Source: a bacterium (GTDB lineage Bacteria > UBA8248 > JACPRG01 > G963555815). From it: DNA of 64,000 bases. Each line of letters starts with the position of its first letter. The stretch's first letter is position 1. Under the pieces are notes generated by a model. The model made no database searches, was not told the origin of the DNA, and worked only from the letters and a program-made list of their open reading frames with translations. Positions 1-10,586 of this stretch are shown in pieces. Both the position numbers and the translations under genes were made by a program. The stretch spans positions 800,001-864,000 of the forward strand of contig CBDHDG010000006.1 of assembly GCA_965261595.1 (NCBI GenBank), written 5' to 3'.

Positions 1-257
1 TTCTTGACGCTCACCCGCGCGTGCATTTGCATTTCACCCCAACTTATTCCTCTTGGTTGAATCAGGTCGAAATCTGGTTCTCAAAAATCCAACGCGACGT
101 CATTGCCCGCGGCGTCTTCACTTCGGTTCCTGATTTGGCTCGAAAACTGATGCGCTATATTCGACAGTGCAACAAGAAACCCAAACCCATCAAGTGGAGC
201 TATACTGATGGCTCACGGCGAATCACCACTAGCAAAGTCTCTGTTACAAGGAACTAG
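1..257 (+). mobile_element. IS630-family element, right end (partial, runs off window start)
   Basis: Matches the reverse complement of 4095-4351; encodes the HFTPTYSSWLNQVE...WSY C-terminus of an IS630 DDE transposase and ends in CTAG. Confidence 0.93.
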
Positions 258-890
258 GCGGAGATTCCGGGTTCAGGGTGTGGAGGATCGTTTATATCTG
301 TAGGGGCTGTTTTAACGAACCTATGCGGAACTTGGCGGAACATAACGGAACGGGAGTGGCTGTGGGGGCCGTGGCGGCGCGTCGCAAAGATGCGTCTCAA
401 ATGCGCCTCGGTGGTCGCAAATCCGACCGCCGCTTTCTTGCGTCAAACGCCTAAAAATCGCGTAACAAGCGCCTTTTTCGGGACAATTTAACGACCGAAG
501 GGGTGAGAAGCAGCTTTTTATGCCTGGATGGGCGGACAGCGCCCCGCTGAGGGTCAGACAGCGCACCCTGGAGAACACCTGGACGACCGCTCGAACCCCG
601 AAACAACCGAAAAAAATTATCTGTAGATTACGGCCTTGCAACGGCCGAAAAAGGCCCCGGAAACGCTTTTTTCCCGGGCGATTCAGGGCCTTTTTTCCGG
701 GGGGATTTTCCAGGCGTTACGGGCGAGTTTCATCCCAAGGAGCAGGTCAGGCTGAACAAGACCGCAGCCAACCACGCTTATGGTGCATCAGGACGGACAA
801 TTATTGCAGAAATCGCCGAAAATGCGTTGGCCGAGTTCCTTGCCGGTGGCCTCAAAACTCCCGCCACAACCAACGGGAGATGGTCATCGT

Positions 891-1766
891 TCAAAACCGG
901 TATTTCAAGGCAAGGCTCAACCCCCAGAACTGGATATCGTCCGTCTCTACACTGTAGACAATCGGCTCGCCGCCGGGCCCGGTGAGCGAATCATGGCTGC
1001 GAAGGCGGTCCCAGGGGTTCCCGTCGTCCTTGAATTCGCCAAATTTGGCCCATCGGAGCTTGAGTCCCAGGGTGACCCGGTCGTTGAGTAGATAATCCAC
1101 ACCCGCGAGCAACTGATAAACAAACCCGTCATCCGAAAACGTCTCTTTGGCAACGGTGGTCGTTCCGGCAACAGGGGGATCCAGATCTACGGACCGCGTG
1201 AAGTTGGCGGCATAATCAAACGAGATGCTTGAATAACCCGCTCCTGCTCCCACGTACGGCCGAAACTTTGTGCCGATGGGGATGTCATAGTAGACGTTGA
1301 AGAAAAGACTGTGGGATGCGAGGTCGCCGAGATGGACGGAACTGTTGATGCCGACGCCCAATTCGTTGAGCTTCTCCTCTGACAAGCCCGCAATCGTCGG
1401 CGTGTTCTCATGGTCATAGCCTGCGGTGCGATAGAAATACTCCCCCTCGATTCTGATCGAACCCAGACGGTAGCCGAACGTCAAACCGGACAGAATCCCG
1501 GTGCCTCCGTCGAACGCGTTTTCCCATGTGTTGCCGCGGGCAGCGCAGTCAGAATGACCTGGATCACCTCCAATGAACCCGTCGCAAACGTTGCTACCTC
1601 CTTGGAAATCGTTGTCCTGACCGGATATCATGATCTTCGGAGACATCGCCATTCCCAGCTCCAGGCCGCCGTACCATCCGTCCATCCCGGCGGCGTTGGC
1701 GACCAGGAACGGCATCGTTGCCAGGGAAAAAACAACCGCTCCCAACGTCATCCTGAATTTCTTCAT
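891..1766 (-). CDS. Outer-membrane beta-barrel protein (opacity/porin-like, Cys-containing loop)
   Basis: Signal peptide, GWYGGLELG first strand, RPYVGAGAG motif, FVYQLLAGVDY, C-terminal LKYRF typical of beta-barrels. Confidence 0.8.
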   Translation of the reverse strand: MKKFRMTLGAVVFSLATMPFLVANAAGMDGWYGGLELGMAMSPKIMISGQDNDFQGGSNVCDGFIGGDPGHSDCAARGNTWENAFDGGTGILSGLTFGYRLGSIRIEGEYFYRTAGYDHENTPTIAGLSEEKLNELGVGINSSVHLGDLASHSLFFNVYYDIPIGTKFRPYVGAGAGYSSISFDYAANFTRSVDLDPPVAGTTTVAKETFSDDGFVYQLLAGVDYLLNDRVTLGLKLRWAKFGEFKDDGNPWDRLRSHDSLTGPGGEPIVYSVETDDIQFWGLSLALKYRF

Positions 1767-2178
1767 CCTTCACCCCTCCCTTTCGTATCCAGCAACAAAC
1801 CCGCCGGCACCGAAAAAACGCCCCCGATCGGGGGGAACAGGTCGCGACCGCTTGTTCGTTCCCGTCCCTAATTTATCACAAAGCGCGGCCCGATATGCAA
1901 GATGTCCGCCCATGCTCGTTCGCGCTGCGCCGTCATCCCGGCCCCGCGGCCATGGCTATCGCGCCTGTCGTTCGGCGCTCAACGCCCTTCGGCATCACGC
2001 ATGATTGCGCAGGCGAAGCCGGCGCGCCCGACGCTTGCGGTCGCGAGCTGACGGTCAAACTGTCAGGTGATGACCGCCTCAGTACATGTCAAGGGCATCA
2101 TCCACTCCTCTTGCCGCATCGCCTCCCCTCTGCTAGCGTTCGGAAAATCCATTTCTTTTCCTCAGGAGGAGGCGCGCG

Positions 2179-2703
2179 ATGGCGGAATTCACCGTAGCTC
2201 AGTTCAAGGATGTGTCCGAGGGCCTGCAAGAGGGCCAGTTCGCCGTGGGCGAGAGGAAAAAGGCGAGCGGCCTGGCGGACCTGGACCCCATCTACAAACA
2301 ATTGCTGGACATGCCGATCACGGTCACGCTGGGTTTAACCGGCCCGGACGGACGGGTGAATCTGACGCCCATGTGGTTTGACTACGAGGGCGACACGATT
2401 TTGGTGAACACGGCCTCGCACCGAGCGAAATCCGGGTGGATAAGAGAAAACCCGCGGCTCACGATCCTGATCGTGAACCCCGAGAACCCCTACCACTGGA
2501 TAAGCATCAAGTGCACGGTCACCAACCAGATACGAGAGGGCGAGCCGGGCGGGGAGAAAGCCGGTGAGCAGCTCGACCGTATCTGGACGAAATACACGGG
2601 CCAGGACCCGCCCTACGCGCTCAGAGACCCCGTGATCGAGGAAAAACGCGTCCTGTTCGAGTGTCGCGTGGATCGGGTCGCCACGTTCGGAAAACCGTCA
2701 TAA
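2179..2703 (+). CDS. Pyridoxamine 5'-phosphate oxidase-family (PPOX class, possibly F420-dependent) protein
   Basis: TLGLTGPDGRVNLTPMWF...VNTASHRAKSGWIRENPRLTILI split-barrel motif; GGAGG RBS. Confidence 0.8.
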   Translation: MAEFTVAQFKDVSEGLQEGQFAVGERKKASGLADLDPIYKQLLDMPITVTLGLTGPDGRVNLTPMWFDYEGDTILVNTASHRAKSGWIRENPRLTILIVNPENPYHWISIKCTVTNQIREGEPGGEKAGEQLDRIWTKYTGQDPPYALRDPVIEEKRVLFECRVDRVATFGKPS

Positions 2704-2800
2704 GGCCCCCCAAAGGCCATCGGTTCGTCCCGCCCGGTTATGATTCCGGTGGCAGACGAGGACCGTCCGGAGAATCCCGGTGAGAAAAGAACCCGCTGAC

Positions 2801-2842
2801 ATGCGCCTGTCGTGGAACGAGATTCGCGTCTGCGCCGCCGCC
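2801..2842 (+). repeat. Diverged direct-repeat copy of the 5' end of the MmeI-like gene at 3849
   Basis: ATGCGCCTGTCGTGGAACGAGATTCGCGTCTGCGCCGCCGCC versus ATGCGCCTGTCGTGGAATGAGATTCGCGCCCGCGCCGCCGCC at 3849-3890. Confidence 0.85.
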
Positions 2843-2871
2843 TCGGTCGGCGCGAAGACCGGGGAAAACCC

Positions 2872-3696
2872 ATGATCCATCATTGTGCGTCATGGTTTCG
2901 GACAGCGCTCATCGCGGCGGTCGCGGCCACGGCTGTTCCGGCCATCACATCCGCGCAGAGGCCGGTGTCCTCGGGATCCGTGGCCCAGGATGATTTCTAT
3001 TTCAGGGCCGGGTTTGTTCTGGATGGGTCCAAACAAACGCGGTTCAAGGACGAGGACTGTTCGATCACCTCCCCGGCGGCCCTCTATGGCTGCGGGAGCG
3101 GTAACGACGGCGCGCCCCTGAGCTCGCTCGGCGACTTCGGAATGATGGCCGGTTTCGAGCTCGGCGTCGGTTATGCCGCAGCGCCCGCCCTGCGGCTCGA
3201 AGCCCTCGTTCAGCACCGGCCGGGCTTCTCCTTCCAGGGCCGCGCCAACTTTATCCAGACCACGGCTCGGCAGGCCGTGTCCGCGGATCTGTCCTCCCTG
3301 ACCGGCATGATCGCCGCCTATCTCGATTTCCCTCCACTAGGCCTGCTCCGGCTCGGTCCCCTCGGCCCGTTCATCGGCGCCGGCGTTGGTCTCGCCCGCA
3401 TCGACATCGAAGAGACGCGCATGGAGTTCACGAGGACGACGACCATCGTTCCGGGCGGACAACGAACCAATCTCGCCTGGATGCTGACCGCGGGAGTTTC
3501 GATACCGCTCGGGGACAGGGTGACCCTCGATCTCGCCTGGCGCTACACCGATTACGGCGCCGTCCAAACCGGCAAGGGCGGGGGTCGGATCGTCTGGCGC
3601 GACTGAAGCCGCGCGCCGTTGGAGCTCGATCTCGCTCCAACAAAGGCAGATCTGGCGAGTCATGGGCTTATGCTCTCCTTGCGCTATGCGTTCTGA
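2872..3696 (+). pseudogene. Outer-membrane beta-barrel protein with in-frame TGA at 3604-3606
   Basis: Signal peptide, GPFIGAGVG motif; the frame continues past the TGA as SRAPLELDLAPTKADLASHGLMLSLRYAF*, a canonical beta-barrel C-terminus. Confidence 0.8.
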
Positions 3697-3848
3697 AGCC
3701 GGGCTCCGGTCGGATCGACGGCGTGAAGCAATACGATCGGACAGGCTGGATGAGGACTTGGACGCTCTGCGGGTCGTCATTCCCGCGCAGGCGTACCGCC
3801 GCCTGACCCGAAAATTCGCTCCCGGACAAAGCAGAAAGACCCGACTGA

Positions 3849-4097
3849 ATGCGCCTGTCGTGGAATGAGATTCGCGCCCGCGCCGCCGCCTTCGCGCGGG
3901 AATGGGCGGGCGAGGGCTACGAGAAGGGGCAGACCCAGCTCTTCTACAACGACTTCTTCGATGTCTTCGGCTTGTCCGTCCGCAGGGTGGCCGCCTTCGA
4001 GGAACCCGTCAGGAACCTCGACAACACGCACGGCTACATCGACCTGTTCTGGCCGGGCGTCCTGCTCGTCGAGCAGAAGAGCGCCGGGCGCGATCTA
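3849..4097 (+). pseudogene. N-terminal fragment of an MmeI-like (Type IIL/IIG) restriction-modification enzyme, cut by IS630
   Basis: MRLSWNEIRARAAAFAREW...YEKGQTQLFYNDFFDVFG...GYIDLFWPGVLLVEQKSAGRDL resembles the MmeI-family PD-(D/E)xK N-terminal domain. Confidence 0.8.
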
Positions 4098-5159
4098 GTT
4101 CCTTGTAACAGAGACTTTGCTAGTGGTGATTCGCCGTGAGCCATCAGTATAGCTCCACTTGATGGGTTTGGGTTTCTTGTTGCACTGTCGAATATAGCGC
4201 ATCAGTTTTCGAGCCAAATCAGGAACCGAAGTGAAGACGCCGCGGGCAATGACGTCGCGTTGGATTTTTGAGAACCAGATTTCGACCTGATTCAACCAAG
4301 AGGAATAAGTTGGGGTGAAATGCAAATGCACGCGCGGGTGAGCGTCAAGAAACTGTCGCACGCGGCGGCTCTTATGAGCCGACAGATTGTCTGCGATGAT
4401 GTGAATTTCACGCCGCTTGGGTTGTCTGGCCACGATGCCAGAAAGCAAAGCCACAAAGGCCTCGCTGGTGTGCCTCGCTGCGGTCTTGCCGATGACCTCG
4501 CCGGTCTTTGTATTCAGGGCCGCATACAGCGAGAGCGTTCCGTGCCGGTAATACTCGAAACCGTGACGCTCGGCGCGACCCGGAGAAAGCGGCAACACGG
4601 GATCGAATCGGTCCAAGGCCTGAATGGCGGTTTTTTCATCCACACAGAAAACGGCGGCGTGTTGCGGCGGGTTGACATAGAGGCCAATGATATCGGCCGC
4701 CTTCTTCTCAAAGTCTGGATCATTCGATGCCATGTAACGTTGAATGCGGTGGGGTTGCAGACCCGCACGTTTCCAAACCCGGGCCACCATCATGTGGTTG
4801 GTGCCCAACTGCCGCGCCAGCTTGCGACTACTCCAGTGCGTCGCTCCGTCCGGTGGTCGGCGCCTGGTCCAGTCCAGAATCCGAGCCTCCAGCCGGGGGG
4901 TGCGCTTGTGAACCGCTCGACCGCAATGTCTGGAATACAAGCCGGCCAGTCCCTCTTGTTGGAACCGGGTCTTCCATCGGCTCACATACCGGGCATCGCA
5001 GCCCACGGCGCGCTGGATCCTCAAATAGGACTCCCCGGCATCGAGCATCAGAATGACTTGGGCTCGTCGGACGTCTTCGGACCGCAGCACGCGCGAACGG
5101 GATCGCCGTTGCAGTTCTTCTCTTTCATCGGAAGTCAGCTGAATGGGGGTGTTTGGCAT
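4095..5159 (-). CDS. IS630-family transposase
   Basis: HTH region plus VFCVDEKTAIQAL, IIADNLSAHK, SSWLNQVEIWF DDE motifs. Confidence 0.95.
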   Translation of the reverse strand: MPNTPIQLTSDEREELQRRSRSRVLRSEDVRRAQVILMLDAGESYLRIQRAVGCDARYVSRWKTRFQQEGLAGLYSRHCGRAVHKRTPRLEARILDWTRRRPPDGATHWSSRKLARQLGTNHMMVARVWKRAGLQPHRIQRYMASNDPDFEKKAADIIGLYVNPPQHAAVFCVDEKTAIQALDRFDPVLPLSPGRAERHGFEYYRHGTLSLYAALNTKTGEVIGKTAARHTSEAFVALLSGIVARQPKRREIHIIADNLSAHKSRRVRQFLDAHPRVHLHFTPTYSSWLNQVEIWFSKIQRDVIARGVFTSVPDLARKLMRYIRQCNKKPKPIKWSYTDGSRRITTSKVSVTRN

Positions 5160-5211
5160 GCATGATACTGTACTAAACATTACTGGCTATTTCAATGTTA
5201 CGGTCCACTAG
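4095..5211 (-). mobile_element. IS630-family insertion sequence (complete)
   Basis: CTAG at both ends (4095-4098, 5208-5211; TA duplication), imperfect TIRs TAGTTCCTTGTAACA / TAGTGGACCGTAACA, one transposase ORF. Confidence 0.93.
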
Positions 5212-5363
5212 GCGAGGTGTTGCTTGTGTATGCCACCGATGATCGCTATCTTCTGAGCAGCTAAAGTTACAGCGAACTACGCGACTTTCGAACAAACGCT
5301 CTGCTTCTAGCCAGCCCCAGAAGGAGCGCCTGGTAAACAGATGAAAGCGACCACCGTCGGGGA

Positions 5364-8300
5364 ATGGCGATGAACAACGGCTTCGAAAGAGTCCTGGATC
5401 ATATCCGCTCGATTGCCGACTCTGAAGCGCAGAAGGGCCGCTTGTTCGAGCGGCTGATGAAGAAGTTTTTTGCCGAAGATCCTTGGTACAAAGAGCGCTT
5501 CTCGAATGTCTGGCTCTGGTCCGAATGGGCGGCCTGGCAGCCGGGTTTCGACGGCGCGGATACAGGGATCGACCTCGTGGCCGAGGAGCGAGAAGGCGGC
5601 TTTTGCGCCGTCCAGTGCAAGTGCTACGCGCCCAAGACGCGAATCTCGAAACCGCATCTCGATTCGTTCATCTCCGCTTCAGCCCGCGACCCCTTCACCG
5701 CCCGCATCGTAGTCGATACCGGCCATCCATGGGGGCCGACCGCCAAGAAGACCATCGCCGGACTCAAGCCCAAATGCGACGCGCTTTACCTGAACGATCT
5801 ATTAAGCCAGCATTTCGACTGGCCCGACTTGGCCCGCGAGGAACCGGAAGACCTGCGCTATCGGCCCGAGACGTTCCAATTGCGTCCGCATCAGCGGGAA
5901 GCATTCGATGATGTGATAGCAGGTTTCCGGGAGCATGATCGAGGCAAGCTCATCATGGCGTGCGGCACGGGCAAGACCTTCACCGCACTTCGCATCGCGG
6001 AAGCCGTTGCCGGCGTCGGCGGCCGGGTGCTTTATCTCGTGCCCTCGATTTCGCTGTTCGCCCAATCCATGCGCGAATGGGCGACGCACAAGGAGATACG
6101 ATACCGCTACTTGGGCATCTGCTCGGATACGCGCGCCGGAAAAAAGGATGAGGACGCCTCGCTTGAGGAGCTTGAAATTCCGGTCACGACGGAGCCGTCC
6201 AGGATTTCAAAAGCGTTGCGGCTGGCGCAAGGGGGTGCGTTGACGGTGGTCTTTTGTACCTACCACTCGCTCGGCCTCGTGGAGGCTGCGCAAAAGGAGG
6301 GCGCACCGCCGTTCGACCTCATCCTTTGCGATGAGGCCCACCGGACGACCGGCGTTGAGCGGCCCGAGGATGGGAAGACATCGCCGTTCTTGCTCGTTCA
6401 TGACGGGGAAAGAATCAAGGCCGCAAAACGCCTCTACATGACGGCCACGCCGCGCCTTTACACCGAAAGCGCGAAGGAGAAGGCGGCGAGCCACGATGTC
6501 GAGGTGTTCTCGATGGACGATCCGGCGACCTACGGGCCGGAGTTCCATCGCCTTCCCTTCTCCCGCGCGGTCGAGCAGGATTTGCTCTCCGACTACAGGG
6601 TCGTGGTTCTCACCATATCCGAACAGCACGTTGACGCGGCGCTCCAGGCGCATCTGGCGGCGGGCGACAGCGAGATCAACCTCACCGATGCAGCGAAGAT
6701 CGTCGGTTGCTGGCGCGCGCTGCAAAACCCGGAGAACAAGGGCAAGGATGAAGGGCCGGCCCGACCCCTCAAGCGCGCCATCGCGTTCACGAATACGATC
6801 AAATCATCACAACGGCTGGAGGCGCATTGGGACGGCATCGTCACGCGAGCCCGCGACAGGTTACCCGAGGAGGAGCAAGCGGACGCTCTGCAGTGCGAGA
6901 CGCGCCACGTCGACGGGCAGCACAACGCGCTTGATCGCAAGGCACGCATCGATTGGCTCAAGGGTGATTCCGCGGATGAGAATGGAGCCTGCCGGATTCT
7001 CTCGAATGCGCGGTGCCTGTCCGAGGGTATCGACGTACCCGCGCTCGACGCGGTGCTCTTCATGAGTCCGCGAAACTCACACGTCGATATCGTTCAGGCC
7101 GTGGGCCGCACCATGCGGAAGGCCGAGGGTAAGGAGTACGGCTACATCATACTGCCGATAGCCGTGCCGGCGGGCATCGATCCGGCCACGGCCCTCGACC
7201 GCAACGAGCAGTTCGACGTCGTCTGGAGCGTGCTCCGCGCGCTGCGCTCGCACGACGACAGGCTGGACGCCGAGATCAACAAGATCGACCTCAACAAGGC
7301 GCTGCCCGAAGGCATCATCATCTTCGATGGCGAGGGCAATGAGACGGTGGACGCCTCAGAACTGCCTTTTCCGCCGCTCGACCTGCCGCCTGGCGCGATC
7401 TTCGCCAAGATCGTCGATAAATGCGGGGACAGGAAATATTGGGAGACTTGGGCGAAGGATGTCGCCGATATCTTCGCCCGCTTGGTCGCGCGCATCGGGA
7501 GTCTGCTGGAGAGTCCCGAAAATGAAACCCTGCGCGTGTGGTTCGACGATTTCCACGAGGAGTTGAAAGTCTCCATCAATGAGTCCATCACCCGCGAAGG
7601 CGGCATCGACATGATGGCCCAGCACATTCTGACGCGGCCTGTTTTCGAGGCCCTTTTCGAGGCCTACGATTTCGCCGCAGGCAACCCGGTGTCGCAGGCG
7701 TTGGACAAGTTGCGGAAAGATTTCGGCGAATTCGGTCTTGAGAACGAGATTCGAGACATGGCGCCTTTCTACGAGAGCGTCCGCAACCGGGCGCGCGGCC
7801 TCGACAACAGCGAAGCGCGCCAGCGGGTGCTGATGGAGCTTTACGAGAAGTTCTTCGCTACCGCCATGAAGAAGGACGCGGACCGGCTGGGCATCGTCTA
7901 TGCACCGCCCGAAGTGGTGGATTTCATCTTGCACAGCGCGGATCACGTGCTGCGCGAGGAATTCGGCCGGAGCCTGAGCGATGAGGGTGTGCACGTGCTC
8001 GACCCATTCACGGGCACGGGCATCTTTCTCGTCCGGATGCTCCAGTCCGCGCTGATACGGGATGACGATCTGGCAAGGAAGTATCGCGAAGAGCTTCACG
8101 CCAACGAGCTTGTCCTGCTCGCCTACTACATCGCGGCCATTCACATCGAAGAGGCGTTTCATGGCCGCCGCGGGGCCGACAGCGCCTATGAACCGTTCGC
8201 CGGCATCGTCCTGACCGATACGTTCAATCTGCATACCGAGCGGACGGGCTTCCCGAAGGACTGGCTGCCGGACAACAGCGCGCGCGCCGAGCGTCAGCAG

Positions 8301-10119
8301 AAGCTGCCGATCCAGGTCATCGTCGGCAACCCGCCTTGGTCGGGAAAACAAAAAAGTTCGGCGGATGAGAACCCGAACGTGGATTATCCTGAATTGGAGC
8401 AACGCGTTGCCGAAACCTATGCAGCGCGATCCAATGCAACGAACAAGAACAGCCTCTACGACACCTACAAGATGGCCATCCGCTGGGCTTCCGACCGGAT
8501 CGGAGACCAGGGCGTCGTCGCCTTTGTCACCAACGGCTCGTGGATCGACGGCAACGCGGATTCAGGCGTGCGGGCTTGTCTGGCGGAGGAGTTCAGTTCG
8601 ATCCATGTCCTGAATCTGCGGGGAAACGCCCGGACATCCGGCGAATTACGACGTACAGAGGGCGACAACGCATTCGGCCAAGGCTCCCGTGCGCCGGTGG
8701 CAATCACTATCCTCGTTCGCAACCCGGATGCTGCGCATGACGGCTGCCGCATCCTCTACCGTGACATCGGCGATTATCTGAGACGCGAGGAAAAGCTGGA
8801 GATCCTGCGCGAGGCGGGGTCGATTGCCGGCATCGAGGACTGGCGCGAAATTACGCCCGACCGGCACAACGACTGGATAGGCCAGCGTGACGAGGCGTTT
8901 CAGCGCCTCTACCCGATGGGGTCGAAAGAGGCGAAGGCCGGCAGGGCGGACAATGCGATATTCCGGCTGTATTCAAGAGGTTTTGCGACCAGCCGCGACG
9001 CTTACATCTACAACTTTTCCCGCGATGCCTGCGCGGGGAACGCCCGCGCGATGGTGGATGACTACATGGACGCCATGCGGGTTCGGGAAGAACATCCCGG
9101 CTACACGGTCGATGAGGTTGCAAGGCAACACTCGTCGAATGTCCGGTGGGACCAAGCGCTAAAGGACAACTTGGGGCGGCGCAAGACCGTGGCGTATTCT
9201 CAGGACAGGATCTGGACGACCCAGTATCGGCCTTTCGTCAAGCAGCACTGCTACATCGATTATGTGCTCGTGAACAGAAAATACCAGCAGGACAGCATTT
9301 TCCCGGCGCTGGACAGCGAGAACCGGGCGATCTGCGTGCCGGGCGTCGGCTCGACCAAACCGTTCTCCGCCCTCATGGTCGATACGATGCCGGATTTGAA
9401 CCTGAATGAAGCTGGTGCCCAATGCTTCCCGCGCTACCAATATCAGGAGCCGATGGATGCGCAGAGCGATCTTCCGGGCCTTGAGACGAGACTGGAGCGC
9501 GTGGACAATATCACGGATACGGCCTTGCGCGCCTTCCGCGTTCACTACAAGGACAACGGGATAACCAAGGACGCGATTTTCGATTACGTTTACGGCGTTC
9601 TTCATGCGCCCGACTATCGGGGACGCTTCGCCAACGATCTGACGAAGGAGCTTCCCCGCGTACCGTTCGCACCTGATTTTCACGCTTTCGCCGAGGCCGG
9701 GCGCGCGCTTGCGGAACTCCACCTAGGCTATGAGACCTGCGAGGAATACCCTCTGGAGGTCGCCTTCACGGGAGAGGGAAGCCCGCGTCCCGAGCATTTC
9801 CGGCATCGGCGCGCGTGCGATGCGGTTCGCCGACGATGAAAAGACGGTGCTTGTTGTCAACGACCATATCCAGCTGGAGGAGACCCCTCCCGAGGCGCAT
9901 GAATATCAGGTCAACGGGCGGACGCCGCTGGGATGGTTCATCGACCGCTACAAAGTCACACAGGACAAGGAAAGCGGAATCGTCAACAATCCCAACGGCT
10001 GGTTCGACGATCCGAAGGACTTGATCACCGCGATTCGCCGCATCGTGCACGTGAGCGTGGAAACCACCCGCATCGTGAACGCCCTACCTGAATCGATCGC
10101 TGACACGGGCATGTCTTGA
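5364..10119 (+). CDS. Type ISP restriction-modification enzyme (Mrr-like nuclease + SF2 helicase + N6-adenine MTase + TRD); one frameshift near 9800
   Basis: GIDLVA...VQCKCY nuclease, MACGTGKT Walker A, DEAH, LSEGIDVP, VQAVGR, LDPFTGTG motif I, NPPW motif IV; C-terminus (EYQVNGRTPLGW...IRRIVHVSVET) continues in the 9730-10119 frame. Confidence 0.92.
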
Positions 10120-10586
10120 GAACTTACCGGATGACGCGGACCGCTTCATGGGCTGACCGAACTATTTTGCGCGTTGCCGGCGGTGTTCCGGTGAACGAGG
10201 TGCTTGCCACGTCGCGCTTGCTAGCGGGCGAATGACCGCCCACAGACGACGATCTCGCCTCGGGTCCCCTCTCTCTCTTCCCTTCGGAAAACAAAATCTC
10301 GTCTTACAGCGTCGCGCTCGACGAAATACGAAGCGGCGAGCGTTGCGATGTCCAATACCTCCAACACGGCTTGGTAAATCTCGATTCAGAAACTTTTGCC
10401 CGCTCGGTTGACCCTGGGTCGCGATAGGCGTGGAGCATGAGGGCGAGCGCAAAAGGCGAGGCAAACCCAGCGACGTGGCGCTATCGGTGATCCTGATCGG
10501 ACCGAGCGGTTCGACCACGGACACCCACCCGGCGGGTCGGTGTTCCCCTCGACGATCCCGGCGATTCGCCTTCTGCTTCTGACTAG

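Noticed and set aside
3604..3606. In-frame TGA as selenocysteine (selC is in the window)
   Set aside because: It lies in a beta-barrel loop with no redox motif; a GGA-to-TGA change is simpler; no SECIS could be supported by eye.
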